Of a stretch of DNA of 64,000 nt, positions 9,111 to 18,160 are shown one piece after another. The number at the start of each line of letters is the position of its first letter. The first letter of the stretch is position 1. This stretch comes from a virus (lineage: Duplodnaviria > Heunggongvirae > Uroviricota > Caudoviricetes): IMG/VR virus record IMGVR_UViG_3300030294_000003; one strand, given 5' to 3'. The position numbers and the translations under genes were made by a program. The notes below the pieces were generated by a model. That model searched no databases, was not told where the DNA came from, and saw nothing but the letters and a program-made list of their open reading frames with translations.

Positions 9111-9344
9111 ATGAATACAGTAGCGTGTCAATTTGGTAATTTAAACAATCCGTTCATTAAAAAAGAAAACGAAAGCATATCATTATTTTGGTTGCATTGC
9201 ATTAGAGCATCAAGAGATGGTTATAATGGCGATGCAACTTTGTTTATAAATGGTAAGGCTGTTAGATACATGCTAAATGCAGATGTTAAAATATTAAATA
9301 AAAGTGTTCAGTGTACTTATGAAGTTATTAAACCTAAAAAATAA
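9111..9344 (+). CDS. hypothetical protein
   Basis: 77-aa ORF with cassette P11 upstream. Confidence 0.55.
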   Translation: MNTVACQFGNLNNPFIKKENESISLFWLHCIRASRDGYNGDATLFINGKAVRYMLNADVKILNKSVQCTYEVIKPKK

Positions 9345-9348
9345 TAAT

Positions 9349-9693
9349 ATGAAATCAATGAATCTTTGTTCTTATAAGACATCTCAATTTTGTTTAGCAC
9401 TTTTGAGACATGGTAAAAAATCAGATGAAGTACATGAAGAAATATGTTCTAAATTAGGCTTGTACGGTGTTAAATATTTTGGTCATGGTACTGCATACCA
9501 AAAAAGAAAAGTAGAGCATATTTGGCGTTCTATATTGTTTATACTCTATGATTTTACAGAGTTTTCCAATATGACAACGGTTGAACAAAAACAAGAAATT
9601 TCAAATTATTTAGAATTGAAAGTAGATAATAAAAATAATTTTGGTTTGAGTAAAAGTTATAAATCTATTAACAAATTACATTTTGATAATTGA
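9349..9693 (+). CDS. hypothetical protein
   Basis: Start at the internal ATG 9349, which avoids a 40-nt overlap of the track's 9304 start. The protein is 114 aa. Confidence 0.5.
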   Translation: MKSMNLCSYKTSQFCLALLRHGKKSDEVHEEICSKLGLYGVKYFGHGTAYQKRKVEHIWRSILFILYDFTEFSNMTTVEQKQEISNYLELKVDNKNNFGLSKSYKSINKLHFDN

Positions 9694-9722
9694 ATGTTAA
9701 ACCGTATCTTTGTACTATCAAT
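9668..9722 (+). promoter_or_regulatory. promoter cassette P12 (-7 9705-9712)
   Basis: Consensus match. Confidence 0.55.
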
Positions 9723-9767
9723 TAAAAGTAATTTAATCAAATAAAACAATTTAAAACCTATAAAATT

Positions 9768-10004
9768 ATGTATTACAGACTTTACGATAAACAGTGTAAA
9801 AGATATATGGCTACAGGCTATAATGCTAAATCAAAACAAGAATTAGTAGATGATTATAAAGACTATATTAACATGGATATTGATGAGAATGAAGAGGTTG
9901 AAATTGCAAATTTATCACTTAAAGATTCAATATCAATGATAATAGGAAATGATTTTTTTATTGATAAATCTAAAACAAAATTTGATGAAAATGAGTGTGA
10001 TTAA
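9768..10004 (+). CDS. hypothetical protein
   Basis: 78-aa ORF with cassette P12 upstream. Confidence 0.55.
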   Translation: MYYRLYDKQCKRYMATGYNAKSKQELVDDYKDYINMDIDENEEVEIANLSLKDSISMIIGNDFFIDKSKTKFDENECD

Positions 10005-10009
10005 ATTAT

Positions 10010-10064
10010 TTAACAAATTACATTAGTATATATCAATGTTAAAGACTATCTTTGTATTACAATA
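10010..10064 (+). promoter_or_regulatory. promoter cassette P13 (-7 10047-10054)
   Basis: Consensus match. Only short or split ORFs lie downstream. Confidence 0.5.
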
Positions 10065-10372
10065 AATCAAATAAAACAATTTATCGATTATGGAAAATAT
10101 AAAAAAAATGGAATTAGCAAAGGCTATGAGAAGAAAAGCTAATGAAAAAGAATATTAAGAACATTAAGTACTTCGTATAATAAATATATTAATACTATGA
10201 GAGATATTGAAATTGATTTACTAATCGAAGTATTAAATAATTGTAAACGTAAAGGGGCAAACTTTGTACAACTTCAAGGTACAATTATGTGTGAAGAAAC
10301 AGGAAATGAAATAATTTCGACAACAGAAAATCAAATTTAACAGATGAATTTTTAATTGATTTAGAAACAACG

Positions 10373-10388
10373 ATACTCGTTTGAGTAC
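10373..10388 (+). promoter_or_regulatory. palindromic element H2 (aTACTCgtttGAGTAc)
   Basis: Identical to H1. Confidence 0.4.
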
Positions 10389-10415
10389 TTAATTAATCAA
10401 AAATACTTTATTAAC

Positions 10416-10733
10416 ATGGAAGAAAAATTATATACGGAAGAGGATTTAAGAAACGCTTTTAAAGCAGGTAGATTATATGGCTATGATGATAGTATGGATG
10501 CGTTGAGTGAGGATGAATGGGTTAACGCATATAATTTAATACCTATAGTCATCGAAGAGAAAACCGTTCCTATCACATTGGGATGTATAAAAATAACATG
10601 TGGTTGGGAAAAATTTTGCGATGTAACAGGAGGTAATCATTGGATGATTGCTGAATGGACTGTTTCTGATAGTGAAATATTTCACGTTAAAATTTCGGAT
10701 GCTAAAAAATTAGGTTTTAATATTCAAAATTAA
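10416..10733 (+). CDS. hypothetical protein
   Basis: 105-aa ORF with palindromic element H2 upstream. Confidence 0.55.
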   Translation: MEEKLYTEEDLRNAFKAGRLYGYDDSMDALSEDEWVNAYNLIPIVIEEKTVPITLGCIKITCGWEKFCDVTGGNHWMIAEWTVSDSEIFHVKISDAKKLGFNIQN

Positions 10734-10738
10734 ATGTT

Positions 10739-10942
10739 ATGACAGAAATAAAGAAAGAACTAAAATTAATATTTCCCGATGCTGAATTTGATAATCATGA
10801 ATCGGATTTGTACGTGAGGTATACTCGTTGTATTTGGAAGTATTTAGACCGTGAATATATGTGGTTTGATAGTTGTTCTACTTTCATTAGTGAAGTTGAT
10901 GGTGAACGTTGGATTGAGATTCCTTTTGCTAATTGGGATTAA
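10739..10942 (+). CDS. hypothetical protein
   Basis: 67-aa ORF. Confidence 0.45.
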   Translation: MTEIKKELKLIFPDAEFDNHESDLYVRYTRCIWKYLDREYMWFDSCSTFISEVDGERWIEIPFANWD

Positions 10943-10957
10943 CAATAATTTTAAAAT

Positions 10958-11012
10958 TTAACAAATTCAATTAGTATAATCAAATGTTAATCCGTATCTT
11001 TACATTGTAATC
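10958..11012 (+). promoter_or_regulatory. promoter cassette P14 (-7 variant TATCTTTA 10995-11002)
   Basis: Consensus match except a G-to-A change at the last -7 position. Confidence 0.45.
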
Positions 11013-11041
11013 AAATTAATACAATCTAAATAAATAATAAT

Positions 11042-11278
11042 ATGGTAGTAGATAAAATAAGAGTTGAATACAGGGATAAAAAAACATTAAAATGGTTACA
11101 TGAGGATTTTCCTTTTGATGTTACAAAGGATTCTGAAAAGCAACTTAAAGAAGCTTGTGAACCATATAAGTATAATCAGGATGTTAGTTCAAGTTGGTTT
11201 ACGTTTATAAGTATTTCAGGTACATGGATGGAAATGAGGGTATATTATCCTTTTTTTAAAAGGTATGTAAAACTATAG
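11042..11278 (+). CDS. hypothetical protein
   Basis: 78-aa ORF with cassette P14 upstream. Confidence 0.55.
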   Translation: MVVDKIRVEYRDKKTLKWLHEDFPFDVTKDSEKQLKEACEPYKYNQDVSSSWFTFISISGTWMEMRVYYPFFKRYVKL

Positions 11279-11282
11279 TAAT

Positions 11283-11495
11283 ATGAAAAAAAAATATATA
11301 ATATTAGATGTTGAAAATAATCGATATTATTCATATATCGATTTGAGTTTAGAATTTTCTAAAAATTTAGAAAATGCACATAAATTTGATACTGAACAAG
11401 AAGCAGAAAAATTTATGGATGAGAATTTTAACGAATTAGACTCTTATTATCAATTAGTTGGTGTATATCATAAACACAGCCAAATATTTAACTAA
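11283..11495 (+). CDS. hypothetical protein
   Basis: 70-aa ORF. Confidence 0.45.
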   Translation: MKKKYIILDVENNRYYSYIDLSLEFSKNLENAHKFDTEQEAEKFMDENFNELDSYYQLVGVYHKHSQIFN

Positions 11496-11542
11496 TTTCA
11501 TTTCCATATATCATTGTTAAAGACTATCTTTGTATATCAATT
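11488..11542 (+). promoter_or_regulatory. promoter cassette P15 (-7 11525-11532)
   Basis: Consensus match. Confidence 0.5.
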
Positions 11543-11559
11543 AATAATTAAAACAAGTT

Positions 11560-11748
11560 ATGACAGTAAGAGAATTTATTGCAGAAATAAGCTTAATGAA
11601 AGATTCTTTACAGGATAAAGAAATTGTTATTAAAGCACCAAACGGATTATTATTTGAACCGTTTGTTAAATTTATTATGAAAGATGAACATATGATGCCT
11701 ATTTTTGATGCAGAGCATGTTGATAAAATTTTTATTACTTATAAATAA
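11560..11748 (+). CDS. hypothetical protein
   Basis: 62-aa ORF with cassette P15 upstream. Confidence 0.5.
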   Translation: MTVREFIAEISLMKDSLQDKEIVIKAPNGLLFEPFVKFIMKDEHMMPIFDAEHVDKIFITYK

Positions 11749-11763
11749 AAAACAAATAAACTT

Positions 11764-12267
11764 ATGTTAGAATTAAAACCTATTGTATTATCACTTGAAT
11801 ATCGTAAAGAATGGAACAAATCATCAAAGGATTTTTTTAATCTGTATGTTGATGGTAAAAAAGTAAATGATGCCATCTACAGAACAGGCATGTGGGACGG
11901 CAGAGTTAAGGATGGATATATTATGTTATTGAAATACGTTGAAGCGTTTTATTCAAAAGAAATACTTAAAATGAGTGGTAGTAATAAACCAAAGCATCTT
12001 GAGAGTCAGTGGTGTATTTTAAATGAAAAAGGTGAAGAAAAGGTTTGTTTTGAACCATATAATTCCCCTTATTTAATGGGTGGCGTAATTTATTCTATCA
12101 AATCCGATTATTTCAATATTGAAACAAATGAATTTTATTGCAACGCATCTTCTACCATGAATACAGATAATTATCTATTTTTGGAAAATAAATATGATAA
12201 AAATATTTTGAAACGTGGGGTTTTAAAAATAGAAAAGAAAACAGGTTTGTTTGAATTAATAAATTAA
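11764..12267 (+). CDS. hypothetical protein
   Basis: 167-aa ORF. Confidence 0.55.
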   Translation: MLELKPIVLSLEYRKEWNKSSKDFFNLYVDGKKVNDAIYRTGMWDGRVKDGYIMLLKYVEAFYSKEILKMSGSNKPKHLESQWCILNEKGEEKVCFEPYNSPYLMGGVIYSIKSDYFNIETNEFYCNASSTMNTDNYLFLENKYDKNILKRGVLKIEKKTGLFELIN

Positions 12268-12310
12268 TTATAATATTGATAAAAGTACAATATTGAATAA
12301 GATAAATAAT

Positions 12311-12365
12311 TTAACAAAATTGGTTTGTATATGTCGATGTTAAACCGTATCTTTGCATTATAATA
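12311..12365 (+). promoter_or_regulatory. promoter cassette P16 (-7 12348-12355)
   Basis: Consensus match. Confidence 0.55.
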
Positions 12366-12391
12366 ATTCAAACAAATAAACAAATACAATT

Positions 12392-12634
12392 ATGGAATTT
12401 AATTATAAATTTTGGAGTTGGAATAATGGAAAATATTATCAATCCTATCCTACTTTTTGGGGTAATACTGAAATTCGTTGGTTTTCAACAAAAGAAGCAG
12501 AGAAAAGTTGTGGCGAACTGTGGATTGACAATGTGCTAATTAAAACAGGTGAAGACTTAGGTTTTAATAATTATCATGACGGTACAATTGGATTGCTTAA
12601 ATTTGCGTTAGAAAATAACCTCTGTAAAAACTAA
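12392..12634 (+). CDS. hypothetical protein
   Basis: 80-aa ORF with cassette P16 upstream. Confidence 0.55.
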   Translation: MEFNYKFWSWNNGKYYQSYPTFWGNTEIRWFSTKEAEKSCGELWIDNVLIKTGEDLGFNNYHDGTIGLLKFALENNLCKN

Positions 12635-12641
12635 TATCATC

Positions 12642-12923
12642 ATGGAAGAAATAGTTGACCATTCATTTTGTAATTGTGGGGCTGTAACCGTTTATTTTGA
12701 AAACGGTGAAAACAATTCGCTAAAAAGAAAGAACTTAAAGAAGTTTGGACTATCTTTGAAATATAGTAATGAAATGCATTCTACATACGCTTGTAATCAT
12801 TGTGTTAATCATTACGGTTTAGATATATGCGAATGTGGAAGTGGTTTGAAACCTGAAAAATGTTGTAGAAAAGGAAGTCGTGAACAATTTGGTGAAAGCG
12901 TTAAATTTAGCTGTAAATTTTAG
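12642..12923 (+). CDS. SEC-C zinc-binding motif protein
   Basis: 93-aa ORF. CECGSGLKPEKCC matches the SecA C-terminal SEC-C motif (CxCxSGxxxxxCC), and there is an additional CxxC / CxxC pair. Confidence 0.5.
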   Translation: MEEIVDHSFCNCGAVTVYFENGENNSLKRKNLKKFGLSLKYSNEMHSTYACNHCVNHYGLDICECGSGLKPEKCCRKGSREQFGESVKFSCKF

Positions 12924-12935
12924 TAATATATTATT

Positions 12936-13136
12936 ATGAAGCAGATAAAATACGACCTATTCAATGTGGATTCTTATATGTGTAGTGTGTTCTTTTGTCC
13001 AAATATCGTTGGTGTTCTTTCAAAGGATGAAGAAAATTCTATTTTGAATTTAGTTAAAAAAGAACATTTTGAAATTGTTGATGGTTTTGGTGTATTATAT
13101 GGTTTAGTTATAAAAATAAATGCAGATTCATTATGA
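12936..13136 (+). CDS. hypothetical protein
   Basis: 66-aa ORF. Confidence 0.45.
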   Translation: MKQIKYDLFNVDSYMCSVFFCPNIVGVLSKDEENSILNLVKKEHFEIVDGFGVLYGLVIKINADSL

Positions 13137-13468
13137 TAAAAGATCTTATTAGTCAAATAGAAGCTATTAAAGAGCAGTTATACACTAAAATAAGTGAACT
13201 ACCCGACAATGCAAATATAAAGCGTTTAGATAGTGATTCTAATTGCTTTATTATTAATTCAAGTCAAATAATAGGAAAGCCATTTTCTCCTGAATACCAT
13301 GATTATAAACATCAATATAAACTTATCATTAAATATCTTAAAACGTGTGAAATTACCAACTTTGAAAATAGTTTAAATACTATAATTAAAACAAGTATTG
13401 TAAGGGATGGTAATAGAAGTGTTCGTTTAAACCCCGAAGTTGTTAAATATCTTAAAACAATTATTTAA
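13133..13468 (+). CDS. hypothetical protein
   Basis: 111-aa ORF with an ATGA overlap. Confidence 0.5.
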   Translation: MIKDLISQIEAIKEQLYTKISELPDNANIKRLDSDSNCFIINSSQIIGKPFSPEYHDYKHQYKLIIKYLKTCEITNFENSLNTIIKTSIVRDGNRSVRLNPEVVKYLKTII

Positions 13469-13518
13469 CAAATTCCATTTCATTATATCAAAGTTAAACC
13501 GTATCTTTGTGTATGAAT
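13464..13518 (+). promoter_or_regulatory. promoter cassette P17 (-7 13501-13508)
   Basis: Consensus match. Confidence 0.55.
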
Positions 13519-13549
13519 TAAATTAATAAATCAATTAAAATAATATTAT

Positions 13550-13912
13550 ATGAAAAAAGAAACGCTTGTAAACTGTTTAAATTGCGGACATGAATTTGTT
13601 TTAACAAGTTGGGGATATGATAAATTAGAAGATGATTGTGCTTTTTATACCGTTTGTCCTGAATGCGAAAGCAGTTTTGATATTTCAGATGAAGATGCTG
13701 AATCAATTTTAATACCTGATGGTACAGAAATCAAATTATCAGATGGTAGTATTTGTATTGTTGATGGGAATGATTTTGAAGATGTAGATTTTGAAGATGA
13801 TATACCTTTTGATAATATTAATTATCACGTTTGCCCTATTGAATTTACAAATGAAGAAATTTGGTCAGACCATTATATTTATGTGAGAAGAGTAGAATTC
13901 GAATTAAATTAA
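13550..13912 (+). CDS. zinc-ribbon protein
   Basis: 120-aa ORF with CLNCG..CPEC and a C-terminal CP motif. Cassette P17 is upstream. Confidence 0.55.
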   Translation: MKKETLVNCLNCGHEFVLTSWGYDKLEDDCAFYTVCPECESSFDISDEDAESILIPDGTEIKLSDGSICIVDGNDFEDVDFEDDIPFDNINYHVCPIEFTNEEIWSDHYIYVRRVEFELN

Positions 13913-13963
13913 CAAATTTCATTTCAGCCAATCAATTAAATTCACTACTTTTGTAATACAATT
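13909..13963 (+). promoter_or_regulatory. promoter cassette P18 (-7 variant TACTTTTG 13946-13953)
   Basis: The upstream box is conserved and the -7 box is a variant. Confidence 0.4.
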
Positions 13964-13987
13964 TAAAACAATAATAATAATAATCGT

Positions 13988-14215
13988 ATGAAAACATTAA
14001 TAACTGAAATGTCTCACAATATCGGACAAATTCGAGAAGAATTTGCAGATGAAGAAGTAAAACGAATGATTAAACAAACAGGTAAAAATTGGTCAAAATC
14101 TTATGAAGACCAAATGTTTGTTATTGATGAATCAGATGATGATGTTATTAATCCTTGTATAAGAAAAGAAGGACATTGTTTTGTATGTCAAGATAATTAT
14201 GTTGAAAATTGGTAA
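13988..14215 (+). CDS. hypothetical protein
   Basis: 75-aa ORF with cassette P18 upstream. Confidence 0.5.
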   Translation: MKTLITEMSHNIGQIREEFADEEVKRMIKQTGKNWSKSYEDQMFVIDESDDDVINPCIRKEGHCFVCQDNYVENW

Positions 14216-14238
14216 TTAAGCAAAATAAAACAATCGTT

Positions 14239-14400
14239 ATGGAAAAGAAAGTAGTAGTTGTAAGTTTTATCATTCCCGATAATGGTTTTGATATTGAACA
14301 TATTGAAGCAGCAATAAAAAGAGGATTAGCTTTTGGATTAGATGTTAAACATATTTGTAACCCAAATGAAATAGAAGAAATGGTAATAACCATTGCCTAA
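14239..14400 (+). CDS. hypothetical protein
   Basis: Internal ATG 14239 avoids the overlap of the track's 14209 start. The protein is 53 aa. Confidence 0.35.
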   Translation: MEKKVVVVSFIIPDNGFDIEHIEAAIKRGLAFGLDVKHICNPNEIEEMVITIA

Positions 14401-14412
14401 AAACTTTAATGA

Positions 14413-14613
14413 ATGAAAAAATATATTGTAATTGTTACGAGTGATGATATGTACCAACAGTTTACAACAGTTGATTGTGATACACAGGAAGTAGTTCATC
14501 AACATTCGTGTGGATATTGTTCAAGTGATGAAGAAGAAAATAATGAAGTAAGAAAAGCTTGTATTATGAGTAATGGTATTTACAAAACAATTAAAATTAG
14601 TGGTAGTTTTTAA
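14413..14613 (+). CDS. hypothetical protein
   Basis: 66-aa ORF. Confidence 0.4.
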   Translation: MKKYIVIVTSDDMYQQFTTVDCDTQEVVHQHSCGYCSSDEEENNEVRKACIMSNGIYKTIKISGSF

Positions 14614-14623
14614 CTAAATAATT

Positions 14624-14887
14624 ATGGAAATAAATACACTTGGAGAGCCTTTAAATAAAGAATTTAATAAATTTAATCCATCGTTTGATATTAATATCAA
14701 ATTGAATACTAAAAATATTCAAACTATTCTATGGTGGTTACATGTTCACAATGGTGAGGTTGATATGGATGTACAGGATGTTGCAGCGTATAAAAAGATT
14801 ATTAAAATGTTACCTGACAATGAGGAAAAAGGTAAAATTACAAGTCTTTATGATATTAATCATAAATTAAACAGTCAAGATTATTAA
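14624..14887 (+). CDS. hypothetical protein
   Basis: 87-aa ORF. Confidence 0.5.
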   Translation: MEINTLGEPLNKEFNKFNPSFDINIKLNTKNIQTILWWLHVHNGEVDMDVQDVAAYKKIIKMLPDNEEKGKITSLYDINHKLNSQDY

Positions 14888-14907
14888 TATAAATACATTA
14901 TTATATT

Positions 14908-15264
14908 ATGAGAAAATTTCATTTGGTAAGTAGAATTGGTGATGATGTTTTTGTTTGTGAAACATTGGTTGAAATGTGGAATTGTATTAATGATACTATT
15001 GAAGAACCTAAAAAATATGTTGTTGATGAAATGAACGGATATAGTTTTGTTGATTCTATAGGTGCTTATACTTTAATTGATATGTATAAAACGGAAGATG
15101 ATGTTCCCGAAACATTGTTCGAAGATGAAATAGCCATTAAAATAAAAAAAGAAGCAATTACATTCAAAACTTGGTGTGATGAAAATGTTTCAGACGGACG
15201 TGATTTAACAAATGAACAATTGTATGAGGAATTTATTAAACTCCATTATATAAAATGTGATTAA
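14908..15264 (+). CDS. hypothetical protein
   Basis: 118-aa acidic ORF followed by the GNRA hairpin terminator. Confidence 0.55.
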   Translation: MRKFHLVSRIGDDVFVCETLVEMWNCINDTIEEPKKYVVDEMNGYSFVDSIGAYTLIDMYKTEDDVPETLFEDEIAIKIKKEAITFKTWCDENVSDGRDLTNEQLYEEFIKLHYIKCD

Positions 15265-15339
15265 GAAAGGATGCAACAGAAATGTTAAGTACTAATTCGC
15301 TAAAATATATAATGGGGTTTTTATATTTATAAAATTAAC

Positions 15340-15372
15340 AAAAAGGGTTTGCGAAAGTGAATCCTTTTTTTT
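15340..15372 (+). terminator. intrinsic terminator hairpin with GAAA tetraloop (copy 2)
   Basis: AAAAAGGGTTTGC-GAAA-GTGAATCCTTTTTTTT, with the conserved TTTGCGAAAGT core and G:U/compensatory pairs. Confidence 0.5.
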
Positions 15373-15389
15373 ATCTTTGTACTATCAAA
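15368..15389 (+). promoter_or_regulatory. promoter -7 box P19 (15372-15379) fused to terminator hairpin
   Basis: TATCTTTGtactatcaa follows the hairpin T-tract. Confidence 0.45.
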
Positions 15390-15412
15390 TTAATTAAAAA
15401 ACAAGTAAAAAT

Positions 15413-15715
15413 ATGAGCACAATTAAACCTGATTATTATACTTTTAATGAACATTATAACCCTAAACAGATGTATTATGTTCTTTTGAATGGACAAACAT
15501 TTTTAGCTGTTTATAATAGATTTAAAAAGCCAAATAAAAGGGTACACGTTGAGGATTTTGAATATACAATTGAAATTACAACACTAAAAAGATTTAAACG
15601 AAATTGGATTGATGAAAATATTAATACAGTTGTTTATTTAAAGGTTATTGTGGGTACAAAAAAAGTAACGACTAATTTGCAAGATGGTGTTTTAATTCAA
15701 TTAGCAAAAATATAA
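15413..15715 (+). CDS. hypothetical protein
   Basis: 100-aa ORF with a -7 box at 15372. Confidence 0.55.
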   Translation: MSTIKPDYYTFNEHYNPKQMYYVLLNGQTFLAVYNRFKKPNKRVHVEDFEYTIEITTLKRFKRNWIDENINTVVYLKVIVGTKKVTTNLQDGVLIQLAKI

Positions 15716-15718
15716 ATT

Positions 15719-15964
15719 ATGGAAAATGATAATGTAATTTTTTCAGTGGGTACGAAATTCGAAGTTGTTGGATGGGTTATGCTTAAAGGATTGGATGATG
15801 GGTGTAAGTACGTTGTTACTATCAGAGAGGATAATGTGGTTCAATTTGCAAGGATTTTGAAAAATGGTAAGAAAGCTAAAAAGCAGTTTGCTCACTATTT
15901 GAGTGATATGGAATCAAGTGTTAACTGTAAAGATCGTTGTTTAAATCATATAAATATTCTTTAA
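15719..15964 (+). CDS. hypothetical protein
   Basis: 81-aa ORF. Confidence 0.5.
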   Translation: MENDNVIFSVGTKFEVVGWVMLKGLDDGCKYVVTIREDNVVQFARILKNGKKAKKQFAHYLSDMESSVNCKDRCLNHINIL

Positions 15965-16015
15965 TAAATTTCATTTTGATATATTAATGTTAAATAGTAT
16001 CTTTGTATTATCAAT
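15961..16015 (+). promoter_or_regulatory. promoter cassette P20 (-7 15998-16005)
   Basis: Consensus match. Confidence 0.5.
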
Positions 16016-16032
16016 TTAATTAAAATATAATT

Positions 16033-16245
16033 ATGAAAATTAAAAGATTATGTGCAGGATATTATAAGGTTGTTGGTTTTATTGAAGATGTTAATATAGT
16101 AAGAATATACCATGAAGAAGATAATAAATATTATTGGTATGTTGAGATTGATGGTTGTGCTGATGATTTAATTGATACAAAAAAAGAATGTATCTTAGGT
16201 CTCGATGAATTAATTAAAATGGGTAATATTCACCCAATAAAATAA
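16033..16245 (+). CDS. hypothetical protein
   Basis: 70-aa ORF with cassette P20 upstream. Confidence 0.5.
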   Translation: MKIKRLCAGYYKVVGFIEDVNIVRIYHEEDNKYYWYVEIDGCADDLIDTKKECILGLDELIKMGNIHPIK

Positions 16246-16265
16246 CAACAAAAAAATAAATTATT

Positions 16266-16451
16266 ATGAGTAAAAAAATGAATACTTGGATTGAACAATT
16301 ATTACCTATAATTGAAGAGTACAAAGATGGTTTTGAAAATGAACCTTTGGATAGTGATGCAGTGGATGATTTAATTGAAATCATTAGAGCCAAAATCAAT
16401 CTGCAAGAGGGTAATATTACCATTGAAGAATACGAAACACTAATCGGATAA
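16266..16451 (+). CDS. hypothetical protein
   Basis: 61-aa acidic ORF. Confidence 0.4.
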   Translation: MSKKMNTWIEQLLPIIEEYKDGFENEPLDSDAVDDLIEIIRAKINLQEGNITIEEYETLIG

Positions 16452-16470
16452 ACAAATAAAAATAATCATC

Positions 16471-16716
16471 ATGGACAAAAATTTAAAAATCAACATTAAA
16501 AATTTTGTTATTAGAAATTCATATTTTAAACCAAATTCAAACGATGTTGATGAAGTGTTCTTTAGTACACGAAAACATTCTTTTGGTGGTCATAGTGGGG
16601 ATGCAGATTTTAATGAGGGCTATCGTATCAAAAAGATGTTAATCGCTGAATTTGGGAATATGGATATTGAAGTACGTTCGTCTGATGAGTGGGTTAGTTT
16701 GAGCGTTTATAATTAA
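16471..16716 (+). CDS. hypothetical protein
   Basis: 81-aa ORF. Confidence 0.5.
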   Translation: MDKNLKINIKNFVIRNSYFKPNSNDVDEVFFSTRKHSFGGHSGDADFNEGYRIKKMLIAEFGNMDIEVRSSDEWVSLSVYN

Positions 16717-16728
16717 TTAATAATTAAT

Positions 16729-16783
16729 TTAACAAATTCCATTTCTATATATCAACGTTAAACAGTATCTTTGTAGGGTAATC
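16729..16783 (+). promoter_or_regulatory. promoter cassette P21 (-7 16766-16773)
   Basis: Consensus match. Confidence 0.55.
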
Positions 16784-16821
16784 AAAAATAAATAATTAAA
16801 CAAATAAAACATACACACATT

Positions 16822-17412
16822 ATGAAAATGAAAGACAGAGTTGCATTGAACGAAGTTAAAAATTTAAGTAAAGAAATGTACGAAACTTTTCTTAGATATA
16901 ATAAAGGAATATCTAACTTTATGGAATATTTTTTTAAATATCATGCATTAAAATTTCCCGAAATTCAAATTTTCAGAGAAGAAAATGAAGATTTTTTAGA
17001 CGATGGTAATACAAGAACTGCAGGTTTTACGTGGTCTGCATATTGGATTGTACCATTATCAGAAAATGAAGTTAGCGTTAGTGATGTTAGAAGTGGGTAT
17101 GGAAATTCAGCAATTGTATTTCATATGGAAAATTACGATCAAAGACTATTTGATGGTCGTATAGGTGGTATTAAATCTTTCTCACTATCTTTTAGTTTTG
17201 GTTCATATATTGATTTAGTTAAATTATCCGATGGTGCATTTATTCAGAATAATTCTAAAAGGTTGGATTTTCAGAATAACAATTATAATGAATTAGCATT
17301 ATTAAATAGAAAAGAAAATTATTTAAAGCTTATTATATGTTTGAATAAACTGAACGAGGTTAAAAAAATTGAGAGTTTTTTTGATAAACAAATTATTGAT
17401 TTAAAATATTGA
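16822..17412 (+). CDS. hypothetical protein
   Basis: 196-aa ORF with cassette P21 upstream. Confidence 0.6.
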   Translation: MKMKDRVALNEVKNLSKEMYETFLRYNKGISNFMEYFFKYHALKFPEIQIFREENEDFLDDGNTRTAGFTWSAYWIVPLSENEVSVSDVRSGYGNSAIVFHMENYDQRLFDGRIGGIKSFSLSFSFGSYIDLVKLSDGAFIQNNSKRLDFQNNNYNELALLNRKENYLKLIICLNKLNEVKKIESFFDKQIIDLKY

Positions 17413-17417
17413 TTAAC

Positions 17418-17433
17418 ATACTCAATTGAGTAC
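17418..17433 (+). promoter_or_regulatory. palindromic element H3 (aTACTCAATTGAGTAc, perfect 14-bp palindrome)
   Basis: Perfect palindrome. Confidence 0.4.
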
Positions 17434-17458
17434 TAAACAAATAATAAAATAAGTATAT

Positions 17459-17776
17459 ATGACAACAACTAAATTAAAAAAGTTTTTTGAGGAACATGAA
17501 TATAATGTTGAGTTATTTAAACAGGATAATCAACAATGTGCAGAAATTGAAAGTTGGACAGATGGCGGTGTAGATATGATTATTACACTTCAACCATTCT
17601 CAATAGAAGAATTCATTAAATATGTTAATGATTTTAATATAGATGAAGAAATTGATTTGTACCGACAAGATAAAAGTTATAAAACTTCTTTTACTATCAG
17701 CGAAAGTGTTGCGGACTTTACAAAGTATTTAGAAGAATTGAAAAGTGTTGTAACTGAATTAGAAAATTTAAAATAA
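17459..17776 (+). CDS. hypothetical protein
   Basis: 105-aa ORF with palindromic element H3 upstream. Confidence 0.55.
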   Translation: MTTTKLKKFFEEHEYNVELFKQDNQQCAEIESWTDGGVDMIITLQPFSIEEFIKYVNDFNIDEEIDLYRQDKSYKTSFTISESVADFTKYLEELKSVVTELENLK

Positions 17777-17780
17777 ATAT

Positions 17781-17891
17781 ATGGGAACAGCAAGATTATT
17801 TCAAGTGGTAAATATGAGCGAAATAAGTAAACCCATAAACGAAATAGCATTTTGGAATAATAATGGGGATTATATTTTTTTAAGAAAATAA
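17781..17891 (+). CDS. hypothetical small protein
   Basis: 36-aa ORF below the track cutoff that fills a gap. Confidence 0.25.
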   Translation: MGTARLFQVVNMSEISKPINEIAFWNNNGDYIFLRK

Positions 17892-17901
17892 GAATGATTG
17901 T

Positions 17902-18081
17902 ATGGGTGATAAAACATCAAAAGAATTTGCTAATACTACCACTATTGAGAATTTTGTTTTAACTATAGTTAATAAGGAATTACAAGATATGCTACCATCG
18001 TTTGATGTTAGTAAAAGTGGTTCACACATTTGGATTGAAGAAAAAACTTCAAAGACAAGAGTAATGTTGATAACATTTTAA
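17902..18081 (+). CDS. hypothetical protein
   Basis: 59-aa ORF whose stop overlaps cassette P22 in the usual way. Confidence 0.4.
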   Translation: MGDKTSKEFANTTTIENFVLTIVNKELQDMLPSFDVSKSGSHIWIEEKTSKTRVMLITF

Positions 18082-18132
18082 CAAATTTCATTTCGGTATA
18101 TCACTGTTAAGTATTATCTTTGTGTATCAATT
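18078..18132 (+). promoter_or_regulatory. promoter cassette P22 (-7 18115-18122)
   Basis: Consensus match. Confidence 0.55.
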
Positions 18133-18160
18133 AAAACAAATATTTATCCAATTAAAACAT

